A DNA stretch of 64,000 nucleotides. Origin: Verrucomicrobiota bacterium. Lineage in GTDB: Bacteria > Verrucomicrobiota > Verrucomicrobiia > Limisphaerales > CANJSG01. The position numbers were made by a program, and so were the translations under genes. A model generated the notes under the pieces. The model made no database searches. It was not told the DNA's origin and worked only from the letters and a program-made list of their open reading frames with translations. The stretch is taken from assembly GCA_038209745.1 (NCBI GenBank), contig JBBQXJ010000007.1, positions 15,037 through 79,036 on the forward strand. The letters are read 5' to 3'. Every line of letters begins with the position of its first letter. Positions within the stretch are counted from its first letter, which is position 1. Of the stretch, positions 25,480 to 35,400 are shown piece by piece.

Positions 25480-25683
25480 CGGCAGAAGGGAGCCGGCCGC
25501 CATCGCGCTCCAGCGCCCGGTCTTGTCGATCAATGTCGCCCGCCGGATTGGCGTTCCCAGCGGAACGCCGAGACTATCCGCCCGGGATTGGCCGAAGGGA
25601 GCCCGCGGTTGGAGCCTCCAAGCCCACCTGCCGTGGCCTTTCCCATTCTCACCGTTCGCCAGACCTGCTAGACCCACCCGCCC

Positions 25684-26292
25684 ATGCAAGACACTGCGGC
25701 CCCGGCCGAGACCCTGATCTACCCGCTGACCGACATCATGTCCCTCCTCCCGTTGGACACGATGTTCCCGGTGGCGCAGCCGCTGGAGGTTGAACTGGGT
25801 GCCGGCGACGGCGGCTTCATCGCCCAATACGCCGCGCTGCGAAGGGACCGCAACATCATCGCCGTGGAACGCCTCCTGGGCCGCCTCCGCAAGATCGACC
25901 GCCGGGGCCGCCGCGCCGGACTGACCAATCTGCAGGGCGTCCGGGTCGAGAACAGCTACCTCCTCCAATGGCTCGTGCCGCCGGGCTCGGTGGATGGCGT
26001 CCATCTCTACTTTCCCGATCCGTGGCCCAAGCGCCGCCATTGGAAAAACCGTCTCGTCACCGAAGCCTTCACCGAGATCGTCCACGGCTCGCTCAAGCCC
26101 GGCGGCGTGATCTACCTGCGGACCGATGCCGTGGACTACTTCGAACAGATGGTCCTCGTCTTCGATGCGAACCAGAAGTTCGAGCGTGTGGAAACCCCGG
26201 CCGAACTCGCCGCCGTGACCACCGACTTCGAACGCGGCTTCAACGCCAAGGGCATCCCCACGAACCGCGCGGCGTATCGGAAGAAAGCCTGA
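25684..26292 (+). CDS. trmB: tRNA (guanine46-N7)-methyltransferase TrmB
   Basis: VELGAGDGGF and the diagnostic LYFPDPWPKRRHWKNRLV motif. Confidence 0.9.
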   Translation: MQDTAAPAETLIYPLTDIMSLLPLDTMFPVAQPLEVELGAGDGGFIAQYAALRRDRNIIAVERLLGRLRKIDRRGRRAGLTNLQGVRVENSYLLQWLVPPGSVDGVHLYFPDPWPKRRHWKNRLVTEAFTEIVHGSLKPGGVIYLRTDAVDYFEQMVLVFDANQKFERVETPAELAAVTTDFERGFNAKGIPTNRAAYRKKA

Positions 26293-26468
26293 GCCGGAAC
26301 GAGGCAGCGGGGCTGGGGGAGCGCGCCCGCCCCGGGCGCAGTGGACCGCGCCCTTGCGGTCCATGGGAGGCGCAGGAAACGATTCTCCGCCTGGTGTGTC
26401 CGGGCGCGCCGGACGGTAGCCGGGGCGGCTGCGATCCCCATTTATTTTCTCTGCCTCGTTCCGGCTGA
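26290..26468 (+). repeat. ~180-bp repeat element copy A, with ~18-bp terminal inverted repeats (MITE-like or structured 3'-end element)
   Basis: TGAGCCGGAACGAGGCAG (26290-26307) against its near-perfect reverse complement CTGCCTCGTTCCGGCTGA (26451-26468). The interior aligns along its whole length with the reverse complement of 40228-40407. Confidence 0.75.
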
Positions 26469-26555
26469 GAGACCCCTATGCCGTCCGAGTCGGGTTCCGA
26501 AATCGCTTTCCACTGGCTCCGGTTCTTGGTTCGTTAACGCTCAATTCCCCGCACC

Positions 26556-27569
26556 ATGAAACCGCTTCACCGCTCCCTCTTTTTTTCGGCTTTTATCGCG
26601 CTCGCGTTGGCCGCGCTCCCGGCCGTTGACGCCGCAGCGCAGGAATCCCAGCCCTCAACTGCCAAGCCGAACTTTCCCGCCGTGCTTCCCGGCAAGGGTC
26701 TCGCCCAGCACGATTTCTTCTACGCGGGCGAGGCCAAGACGCGGGACATGTATCTCGTGCGCGGCGGCAAGGTGACCTGGAGCTATCACGACGACGACGG
26801 CAAAGGGGAGATCAGCGACGCCGTCCGTCTCTCCAACGGCAACATCCTTTTCGCACATCAATACAAGATCGAGCTCGTCACCCCGGAGAAGAAGGTCCTG
26901 TGGCACTACGACGCCCCGGCCCATTGCGAAACCCACACCGCCCAGCCCATCGGCACCAATCGCGTCGTCTTCATCCAGAATGGACCGGAGCCGAAGTGCT
27001 TCGTGGCCAACCTCGCGACCGGCCAGATGGAGCGGGAGTTTCCCCTGCCCGTCCGCAATCCCAAGAGCACGCATGGCCAATTCCGCCACGCCCGCCTGAC
27101 TCCGGCCGGCACCTATCTCGTCGCCCACATGGACATGAACAAGGTCGCCGAATACGACGCGACCGGGAAACAGGTCTGGATCCAGGACAGCCCCAACAGC
27201 GCGTGGTCCGCAGTGCGACTGGCCAACGGCAACACGCTTACCTGCGGCAAGGTCGTCCGCGAGATGGATCCCGCGGGCAAGACCGTCTGGGAGTTCACCG
27301 CCGACGACGCGCCGGACTACAAGTTCAACAGCAACCAGGTCGCGACCCGTCTGCCGAACGGCCACACGCTGATCAACAACTGGATCAATCAATGGAACGA
27401 GAAGATCGATCCCGCGACCGCTCCCGTCCAAGCCCTTGAAGTCACGCCCGACAAGCAGATCGTCTGGGCCCTCCGCTCCTGGACCGAGCCCGACCTCGGC
27501 CCCTCCACCACCATCCAGATCTTGGATGGCTCCGTCCCCGAAGACGTGCATTTCGGCGACATTCGGTAG
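26556..27569 (+). CDS. Secreted beta-propeller-like hypothetical protein
   Basis: Signal peptide MKPLHRSLFFSAFIALALAALPAVDAAAQ. Repeated G..VW.. / NGN.L blade-like motifs, with normal composition. Confidence 0.55.
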   Translation: MKPLHRSLFFSAFIALALAALPAVDAAAQESQPSTAKPNFPAVLPGKGLAQHDFFYAGEAKTRDMYLVRGGKVTWSYHDDDGKGEISDAVRLSNGNILFAHQYKIELVTPEKKVLWHYDAPAHCETHTAQPIGTNRVVFIQNGPEPKCFVANLATGQMEREFPLPVRNPKSTHGQFRHARLTPAGTYLVAHMDMNKVAEYDATGKQVWIQDSPNSAWSAVRLANGNTLTCGKVVREMDPAGKTVWEFTADDAPDYKFNSNQVATRLPNGHTLINNWINQWNEKIDPATAPVQALEVTPDKQIVWALRSWTEPDLGPSTTIQILDGSVPEDVHFGDIR

Positions 27570-27705
27570 GGCTGAAACGATGTAGGCCCGGTCCCCCGAC
27601 CGGGCGTCGTTCTCCGACCCGAGAGGCGTTTCGCCGAGCAGTTCTATTTTTGCGCCTTCAAGCTCGCCGGGTTGGGGAACCCAGCCTACAGCTTCGCCGC
27701 AAAAG

Positions 27706-28479
27706 CTATTCCGTGTTCCGCCAATTCGGCAGCCAAAGCCGGCTGCCGTTAGTATCTCCGCTCTGCTTCACAGCCCCCCTGAGCTTTGCCGAAACCAAAC
27801 CCTGCACCGAACCGTCCGCGAATCCCACGTTGCCGGAGCGGCCATGCAGCCGGGCATTCCATCGCAGGTTGGAATCCACGGAGTTCGCTCCAACGGCGGC
27901 GGGACGCTGATCGCCTACGAGGAACGAATCACCGGGCTCGTCATCGGTCTTGCCTCCTTCCGTCGTGAGATGCCGATCGCCTGTGACCATCATCTCCCAC
28001 TGGTCTTCGCTGGCGTTCACGCCGTAAAAATAGCTCAGGCTGTTCAGGCGGTTCAGGGGATGGCCGAAGCTGGCAGTAGTCTGGTTGGTGCCGAACCCGA
28101 AATCGCGGGCCGGTTTGCGGCTGCGATCCGAGGGGCATACGAGGATCACCGGCGATGACAACTCGTTGCCCGCCTCCTGAAACAGCATCCAGAGGTCTTG
28201 TGGGTTGTTCGTCCGGAAGCGGTCCCCGTAGACGGAGTTGGTCCGATTTTGCAGAACCAGCCACGGGTATTTGCCGTCGTAGTCGTTGGCAAAAAGCCGA
28301 AAGGCGGTTCCGATCTGTTTCAAATTGCAGTTGCAGCAAATACTTCTCGCACGGTCCCTTCCCTGGACCAAAGCCGCCAACGCGACAAGCCCCAAGACAC
28401 CCAGCACAGCCAACACGATCAGAACTTCCTTTCGGGTGATGCCCGAAAGGCCGGCCGAAGGCTTGGCGCGCAGTTGCAT
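27706..28479 (-). CDS. Type II secretion pseudopilin-like protein, H-X9-DG (DUF1559) family
   Basis: Start MQLRAKPSAGLSGITRKEVLIVLAVLGVLGL, a prepilin-like N-terminus (ATG at 28477-28479). C-terminal HGRSGNVGFADGSVQ equals the H-X9-DG motif. Confidence 0.8.
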   Translation of the reverse strand: MQLRAKPSAGLSGITRKEVLIVLAVLGVLGLVALAALVQGRDRARSICCNCNLKQIGTAFRLFANDYDGKYPWLVLQNRTNSVYGDRFRTNNPQDLWMLFQEAGNELSSPVILVCPSDRSRKPARDFGFGTNQTTASFGHPLNRLNSLSYFYGVNASEDQWEMMVTGDRHLTTEGGKTDDEPGDSFLVGDQRPAAVGANSVDSNLRWNARLHGRSGNVGFADGSVQGLVSAKLRGAVKQSGDTNGSRLWLPNWRNTE

Positions 28480-28481
28480 TC

Positions 28482-29612
28482 TCACTCCTTCATCTTCTCC
28501 GGATCCAATCCCACGTTCTGGCACCAGGCGCGGTAGGCGAAGGGGGAGATTTCGCTGGGCTTGATCTCGCTGCGGCCGCCCCAGAAAACGTTGGTGTAAC
28601 CAAGCGGGATGCCGGCTTCGACGAGGTGTTTATCGATGGCGGCCTTGTTCGCGAGCACGACGGGCTTCTCCGTGCCGTGGGCCACGCCCATGACGTTGAC
28701 GTTCTTGAACTCGGGGCCGCCCTCGCGCCAGTAGGCGTGGGTCATGCAGAAGTGGCGGGCGACTTCGCGGCCGGCCTCGATCTCGCGACCAGGCGGCACG
28801 GCCCAGTGGAAGAGCGCGTTGAACCGGGTCACGCGTTCGCCGTCGGCCAGCGTCTTCACGTGTTCGAGGAAGGTGCTGAAGCGGCCGATGACCTTCCGGT
28901 TGTTCAGGTCCTCCGCGACTTCACAGAAGGTTTCCAGCGGCATGCCGGCTTCCTCGGCCCGGGCGCGCCAGAGATCAGGAATGAGTTCACCGACCTCGAA
29001 TTCGCGCTTCAAAGCGGTGAGCACGCGCCACTCCAATTCATTCAACTGCACGACGGAGACATCGGTGACTTCGCCGAGCACGTCGGCCCGCGCACCGGGT
29101 TCGAGGCCGCGACGGCGGATGTGGCCGACGCCGAGGGCGAAGAGGCGTTTGGCCGGCATGAGGCGGAAGTGTTTTGCGCCGATCTTCTCGAGCAGGAATT
29201 CGCAGTGCCGCTCCATCGAATAGCCCTGCGGGACTTTCACCGTGGTCCAGAGCTTGTATTGCGAGCCGGGCGTTTCGGCGTCGGTCGAGCGGGTGACGAC
29301 GTGGCCGGAGAACGGATCCTCTTCGAAGAGATAGTTGAACGCGGCGTCTAGCTTCTCCTGCGGCACTTCCCAGGCGACGAGCGAGCCTTTGGCCAAGTTC
29401 GTGGCGAGCAGGGTCTGGCGGACGCGGCGAATGACACCCTTCTCCAACATGGCGCGGATGCGTTCGATTACGGTGTCGAGGGGCACGCCGGACAGGCGGC
29501 TGATTTCGCCGAGCGGATCGCGCTGGAAGCCCTGGATGCGATCCTCGGAGACGGCAAGGATCTGGGAGTTGACCGGGTCGCTGATACTGAAGGGCACTTC
29601 CGTCGTGTTCAT
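28482..29612 (-). CDS. Tandem Lrp/AsnC-like modules, siroheme decarboxylase (AhbA/AhbB, NirDL)-like fusion (tentative)
   Basis: Two repeats, each an HTH segment plus an effector-like domain. Features include ..EKGVIRRVRQTL... and ..NNRKVIGRFSTFL.., VTHAYWR-like MTHAYWREG, and RLFALGVG. Confidence 0.45.
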   Translation of the reverse strand: MNTTEVPFSISDPVNSQILAVSEDRIQGFQRDPLGEISRLSGVPLDTVIERIRAMLEKGVIRRVRQTLLATNLAKGSLVAWEVPQEKLDAAFNYLFEEDPFSGHVVTRSTDAETPGSQYKLWTTVKVPQGYSMERHCEFLLEKIGAKHFRLMPAKRLFALGVGHIRRRGLEPGARADVLGEVTDVSVVQLNELEWRVLTALKREFEVGELIPDLWRARAEEAGMPLETFCEVAEDLNNRKVIGRFSTFLEHVKTLADGERVTRFNALFHWAVPPGREIEAGREVARHFCMTHAYWREGGPEFKNVNVMGVAHGTEKPVVLANKAAIDKHLVEAGIPLGYTNVFWGGRSEIKPSEISPFAYRAWCQNVGLDPEKMKE

Positions 29613-29738
29613 GTGGGCGAGACGCTAACAAAGCGGAGGCCGGAGGGAAGACTGCTTGCTGCCCGGAAGCGGACCGATTTTGCCTTTCCCGGGCGGAAAC
29701 CGTTTGTCGGGCCGAGTCCGCCTGCACAGTGTCGCCCC

Positions 29739-30533
29739 ATGAAACGCCGTGATTTCCTCTCGTCCAGCCTCGCCGCCGCCGCAACGCTTCCGGCCATGTT
29801 GACCTCCGCCGCCGAAGCCGCGCCCGCCGGACGCGAATACTACGAGCTCCGCCATTACCATCTCCGCTTCGGCCCGATGCAGTCGCGGTTCGACGCGTTC
29901 TTCCAGGATGTGGCCATTCCGGCCATGAACCGCGCCGGGGTCCGGGCGGTGGGCGTCTTCGGTGTGCTCGCCGGGCCCGACATCCCTTCGATGCAGGTGC
30001 TGTTGCCCCATGCCTCGGCCGAAAGCCTGCTGACCCTGGAGGACCGCCTCATGGCCGATGGGGAGTATCGCAAGTCCGGGGCCGATTTCCTCTCCCGCCC
30101 GGCCGCCGATCCGTCGTTTGTCCGCATCGACAGCTCCGTGCTGGTCGCCTTCTCCGGGATGCCGAAGCTGGCAGTGCCCGCCGCGGTGGCCGAAAAGAAG
30201 GCCCGCATCTTCGAGATGCGCACCTACGAGAGCCCGAGCAAGGATGGGAATCTCAGCAAGATCGGCATGTTCAACAACGGCGAGATCGCGGTGTTCCGGA
30301 AGACCGGTCTGCACCCGGTGTTCTTCGGCGAAGCGTTGGCCGGCGGGAACCTTCCTCGGCTGACCTACTTGTTGACCTTCGCCGACATGGAGGAACGGGA
30401 GAAGAACTGGGCCGTGTTCCGCAACGATCCGGACTGGAAGAAGCTCAGCGCCACTCCCGGGCTTGGCAACGCCGAGATCCTGTCGAACATCACCAACACC
30501 TTCCTCCGGCCCGCCGTCTACTCGCAGATCTAG
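29739..30533 (+). CDS. NIPSNAP family protein with twin-arginine (Tat) signal
   Basis: Start MKRRDFLSSSLAAAATLPAM (ATG 29739). Two NIPSNAP-like repeats are present (YYELRHYHL..., IFEMRTYES...NWAVFRNDPDW). Confidence 0.7.
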   Translation: MKRRDFLSSSLAAAATLPAMLTSAAEAAPAGREYYELRHYHLRFGPMQSRFDAFFQDVAIPAMNRAGVRAVGVFGVLAGPDIPSMQVLLPHASAESLLTLEDRLMADGEYRKSGADFLSRPAADPSFVRIDSSVLVAFSGMPKLAVPAAVAEKKARIFEMRTYESPSKDGNLSKIGMFNNGEIAVFRKTGLHPVFFGEALAGGNLPRLTYLLTFADMEEREKNWAVFRNDPDWKKLSATPGLGNAEILSNITNTFLRPAVYSQI

Positions 30534-30542
30534 CCCCAGCGG

Positions 30543-31940
30543 CTAAGCCGAGAACATCCGCGACAGCGCGAAGACCGCCGCCACGACGATCACCGCCACG
30601 GACAGGTAGAGAGCCGCATTAAAGACCGCGCCCGGTCGGTATTCCGGCGCGCGTTGCTGTCGAACCAGCAGAATTGCGATGGCGAAGACCGGCAACAGGA
30701 TTGTCTGCACCACCGCCCCTCCGAGGATCAGCCATTGGGGCGTCCCCGTGAAGCCGGCCACCATGAAGACGTAGATCGTCGCAAGGAGGCCGATGCTCCA
30801 GTTCACCACCTTCCGATGCTGGAACGCCTCGGGCTTCTGCACGAAACGTCGACCGATATCGGCGATCAGCCGGGCCCAGGTCGCCATCGCCACGAGGAAG
30901 GTCGAAAAGAGCACCACCATCGCGCCGATCAGAAAGATCACGAACACCCATTGGCCAAACGTCCTCGTGTACATCTGCGAGAGCGTCTGGATCATGTCCA
31001 GGCCCGCCGGCACATCCTGACGTCCGTGCAGGATGGCGGCTCCGAGAATGAAGAACGCCAGCGTCGAAAACGTGTAGATCAACACCGCCGCCGAGATGTC
31101 GATCCGCATGCCGAGAATCCTCCGCTTGATCAAGGAAGGATCCTCGACGATGCCGGCGTTCAAATCCTTGGCGTATCCCTTCTCCAGGCACCAGTAGGGG
31201 TAGAAGATCAGCTCGGAGGTGCCGATGCCCGTGATCCCGAAGACCGCGATCGCATCCGCCAGACCTTTCTCCGGGAGTTTGAACTTCAGCCCTTCCACCA
31301 GGGCGGCGACTGACACCGCATCCTCCGTTCGCTGGAGAAAGACCAGCGCCAGCAGGGTCAACAGGGTGAATCCGGCGACCAAAATCCCGGACGTGGACTC
31401 GATCAATCCGTAACGGCCGAACACGAGAAGCACCGCCGTTCCCGCCGAGACCAACGCCGCCAACACCAGCGTGTGTCCGGGGATTCCCATCAGCCCCATC
31501 GTCTGCACCATCGAGACGAGGATGCCGCCCATCTGGATGTTGCCGGCGATGATCAAAAGCGGCAGCGCCCATCCGGCCCAGGACAGCCGCCAGCGCGGCC
31601 CCGGCACCCGGTCGAGCGCCTCCAGGGTGGTGTCGCCCGTGAGGATGGTGTGGCGGCCCAGTTCCTCCTGCAGCAGCACCTTCACCATGCAGCCGAGGAT
31701 CACGATCCACAGCGCGCTCAGCCCGACGGTCGCTCCCAACCGGGGCGCGACAATGAGTTCGCCGGTGCCCACGACGGCAGCCGCGATGATGATGGAGGGA
31801 CCGAGGCAATCTCGGAGACGGAGGGACATGGCCGCGGACCGTAGCGACGCGAGAGGGCTCGGGCAATCATTCGAACCGGCGACGGCCAAGCCGGTTTCTC
31901 CGCCTCTTCGCCGGAACGGTTTAATCGGGCTGCGGGACAT
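30543..31940 (-). CDS. NRAMP-family divalent metal transporter (distant MntH-like)
   Basis: About 11 TM segments, with GPSIIIAAAVVGTGELIVAPRLGA and ALWIVILGCMVKVLLQEELGR. The start is uncertain; an alternative ATG at 31829 gives MSLRLRD. Confidence 0.7.
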   Translation of the reverse strand: MSRSPIKPFRRRGGETGLAVAGSNDCPSPLASLRSAAMSLRLRDCLGPSIIIAAAVVGTGELIVAPRLGATVGLSALWIVILGCMVKVLLQEELGRHTILTGDTTLEALDRVPGPRWRLSWAGWALPLLIIAGNIQMGGILVSMVQTMGLMGIPGHTLVLAALVSAGTAVLLVFGRYGLIESTSGILVAGFTLLTLLALVFLQRTEDAVSVAALVEGLKFKLPEKGLADAIAVFGITGIGTSELIFYPYWCLEKGYAKDLNAGIVEDPSLIKRRILGMRIDISAAVLIYTFSTLAFFILGAAILHGRQDVPAGLDMIQTLSQMYTRTFGQWVFVIFLIGAMVVLFSTFLVAMATWARLIADIGRRFVQKPEAFQHRKVVNWSIGLLATIYVFMVAGFTGTPQWLILGGAVVQTILLPVFAIAILLVRQQRAPEYRPGAVFNAALYLSVAVIVVAAVFALSRMFSA

Positions 31941-32103
31941 GGTCTCGGGAAGAGGTCTTCACGGGTTCTCCCGATCAGAGCCTTTCCCAAAAGGCTCTAA
32001 CCGCACGGTGGGACTTGTCGCGCTGCGACAACGAGCGCCGTGAAGAGCGGCCCACAGAACAGACCGCGATCAAACCGGGCCCAAATTGCCCGCTGAACGC
32101 GCC

Positions 32104-32475
32104 CTAGTCCTGCCGCAGCGCGGCAACACCCACGTGCTGGAGGCAGCTGATGGCGTCGTTGATCGAGACGTAGCCGTCGTCGCTCAGTTCGGCCTTGCCC
32201 CGGAGGGCTTCGAGCAGGTGGTAGGCGACAATGCCTTGGCCAAGGCCGGGATCTTCCCAGGCGCGCTGTTTTGGCTTGGCGGCGGAGACGACGCCCCATC
32301 CTTCGCCGGCGGTGAGCGGCTCGAAGTTCGGCAGATTCCCGACCCCGATGTCGCGCGAGCCCGCGCATACGCCGTCACGGGAATGGCAGCCGTCGAGGAG
32401 GACAAGGGTGCGCCGGGCGCGGATGACCTGGAGGAGATTGTCGAAGTCTTCGTTGGCGGGCCCGGAGGAAGGGAA
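32104..32475 (-). pseudogene. C-terminal fragment of a caspase-like (peptidase C14) gene, no start codon and no His-bearing N-terminal half
   Basis: My translation of the minus strand is FPSSGPANEDFDNLLQVIRARRTLVLLDGCHSRDG...GWGVVSAAKPKQRAWEDPGLGQGIVAYHLLEALRGKAELSDDGYVSINDAISCLQHV*. The DxCHS catalytic-Cys motif and the .G.FT..L..AL.G.AD...DG.V...E tail are typical of C14. It is in frame directly after the TAG of the upstream kinase and is absent from the ORF track. Confidence 0.6.
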
Positions 32476-35400
32476 CTACGCGGAGGGAACAGCGGTCTTG
32501 GCCTTTTCCAGGAGACGTTTCATCGCCAGGACGAGGCCTTTCAAGCTGACGGGTTTGGTCAGGTAGTCGTTGGCTCCGGCGGCGAGGCAACGTTCCCGGT
32601 CGCCGGACATCGCGAGAGCGGTGAGGGCGATCATGGGGGTGTGGGCGACGCCGGGCGTGGCGCGGATCTCCCGCATGGCTTCGAGGCCGTCTTTGTTCGG
32701 CATCTGCACGTCCATCAGGACGAGATCGGGATGGTCGGCGATGGTGCGATCGACGGCTTCCTGTCCGTCCGAAGCGAAGATCATGCGGTAGCCGATCTGC
32801 TCGAGATAGTCGCGGAGCAGGAGCGTGTTGGTCTCGTTGTCGTCGGCCACGAGGATGAGCGGCTGATCGAGTCCGGGTGGGGCCAAACTGCTCTCCATCG
32901 GGACCGCGGGAGTCTGCGGCCTCTGCGGTAAATCCACGGATTCCGACGGCTCCGGCTTGGTCGAGGTTGTCGAGGTTGACCTCCGGACAAACCTTGTATC
33001 GTCGGGCCCGGAGGTGGGGATGACGGTGGGCAGGAAGAAGTGGAAGCGGCTCCCCTTCCCCAGATCGCTCTCCAGGCCGACGCGGCCGCCGTGGAGTTCG
33101 GCCATTCGCCGGACGAGGGCCAGACCGAGTCCGGTGCCGCAGTATTCCCGGCTCAGGCTGCTGTCGAGCTGGACGAAGGAGCGGAAGAGTTTGTCCTGGT
33201 TGCTTGGAACGATGCCGATACCGGTGTCCCAGACCTCGAAACGGACGCCGGCGGGATCATCGACGGCGTGGACGTCGATGCCGACCCGGCCACCCTCGGG
33301 GGTGAACTTCACGGCGTTGCTGAGGAGATTGACGAGCATCTGTTTCACGCGGCGCTCGTCGGCGGTGAGCTGGTCGACGCCGTCGCCGATGTTCAGGGTG
33401 ACCCCGATGCGCTTCTTCTGGGCGATCTCCTTGATGAAGCGGAGGCTGGACTCGCAGACGTCGCGGACGGTGAAGAGCTCGGCATCCAGCTTCATCTTGC
33501 CGGCTTCGATCTTGGAGAGGTCGAGGATGTCGTTGATCAGCGCGAGGAGATGGCGGCCGCTTTCGGTGACACCGTTCAGGGAGCCGCGCTGCTTTTCGGT
33601 GAGGGGGCCGTAGACTTCTTCGAGGAGAGCCTCCGAGAGGCCGAGAACCGAGTTGAGAGGCGTCCGGAGCTCGTGGCTCATGCTCGCGAGAAACTCGTCC
33701 TTGAGGGTGGCCACCTTGGCCAGCTCGACGTTTGCCTGGCTGAGACTGCGGGTCCTCTCCTCGACCTGCCGGGAGAGGGACCGGCGTTCGGTCTCGAGTT
33801 CGCGTTCGATCCTCTGCCGCTCGGAGATCTCCATCCGCATGAGCCGGTTGGTGAGCTCGATCTGTTCCGTGCGCAGATGGACGCGTTCTTCGAGGGACTC
33901 GTTGGCCTGCCGGAGATCCTGCTGCGCCTGCATGCGCTCGATGGCGGCGGCGGCGTAGTCGGCCATGGCCTGGAGAGTGACGAGGTCGGACTCGCGGTAG
34001 GCGCCATGGTGGCCGCTCCGGATCGTAACCAGACCGAAAGCCTCAGGACCGCGACGAATCGGGACCAGGAGCGTCGACATGGTCCTATCACCGGGCGCGC
34101 TCCCGGGGGACGGGCGCTCGTCGGGCTCCAACAATCCGGTGCCGGAGCCGACGACCCGCTCATACAAAGCGGAAAGCGGTCGGTTCAGAGTCAGAGGAAG
34201 CTCGGCGCGATTGCCATCGACGAGTTCAAGCTGCAGGACGTCGGACAGAAGGCGCTTCTCCGCATCCCACACCATCAGGCCGAAGGCGTCCCATCCGAGA
34301 ATGCGGTCCGCCTCGTTCGCGACGATGGAAGCGGCCTCCTTCTGGGACGCGGCGCTGCTGAGAAGCAGACCAAGGCTCAGGAACGCCTCCTGTACCGCTT
34401 CGGTCTTCTTGCGTTCGGAGATGTCGCGCTGGACGGAGACCCAGTGGGTGAAGAGCCCGCTCTTGTCGGCAATGGGGACCAGGGAGAACTCGACCCAGAA
34501 ATCCGTCCCGTCCTTGCGATAGTTCAGCAGCTCGACAGTGATCTGGCTCAGGGTCTCCAGCGCCCCCCGCACCTGGTCGAGGGTGGCCTGGTCCGTGCCC
34601 GGGCCTTGGAGCATGCCCGACGTTTTGCCCACCGCTTCTTCGGGTCGATAGCCCGTCTGGCGGCAGAAAGCCTCGTTCACATAGACGATGCGGGGCTCCT
34701 GTCGGCTGATCGGTTCCGCCTCGGTGATGATGACCGCGTCCGTGGCGTGAAAAATGGCGGATTCCAGCAGGCGAAGCCGTTCCTCGGCGTGCTTCCACGC
34801 GGTGAGATCGGTATGCGAGCCCGCCATGCGGTAGGGCTTTCCGGAAGGGTCGCGCAGCGCGGCGCCCCGAGCCAGAACCCAGCGGCACGTCGCATTGCGA
34901 TGCCACATCCGGTATTCGACCTCGAAGTCGCGGGACCGGCCCTGGAGGTAGCTGTCGATCGCCTCCATGACCCGGGGGCGGTCCTCCGCGTGCATCAGTT
35001 CTTTCCACGTGTCGAAGCGGTTCAGCAGTTCCTGGTCGGAGTAGCCGAGCATCTCCTTCCAACGCGGCGACAGATAGACGCGGTCGCTCCCGACCTCCCA
35101 GTCCCAGATGCCGGCGCTGGAACCGTTGACCGCGAGTTCGAACCGTTCGCGACTACGACGCACGTGGTCGATCTCCTCTCCCTCCTCGGTGGAATCCAAC
35201 AACACCCCCGAGAACACGATCAACCCTCCGGGCTTCGTCTTCACATTGGCCTGGCCACGGATCCAGCGGAGACCCCGGCTGCCCGATTCCAGTCGACCAA
35301 GCCACTGCCACGGACTCCGCTCACGACCGGCAATATGGAGGGAATCCAGCAGACCCGGCAGATCGTCGGGATGTGCCCGGCCGAAAAACACGTCAGCCTC

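Noticed and set aside
26341-26559. Small ORFs over the repeat copies, e.g. 26341..26559(+), 40225..40452(+) and 40244..40639(+), which share peptide fragments such as AAAIPI(Y/H)F.
   Set aside because: The shared peptides follow trivially from nucleotide conservation of a non-coding repeat. The ORFs are Arg/Pro/Gly-rich, differ in frame and extent between copies, and lack ribosome-binding context.
32476-32478. Stop-codon recoding (pyrrolysine or read-through) as an explanation for the in-frame TAG/TGA codons at 32476, 43024, 42907 and 42769.
   Set aside because: - TAG and TGA both serve as ordinary terminators of well-supported genes in this window (for example rpmE ends in TAG and aqpZ in TGA).
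- No pyl or sel genes or SECIS-like context were seen.
- The affected regions lack start codons or have depressed GC, which fits pseudogenisation.
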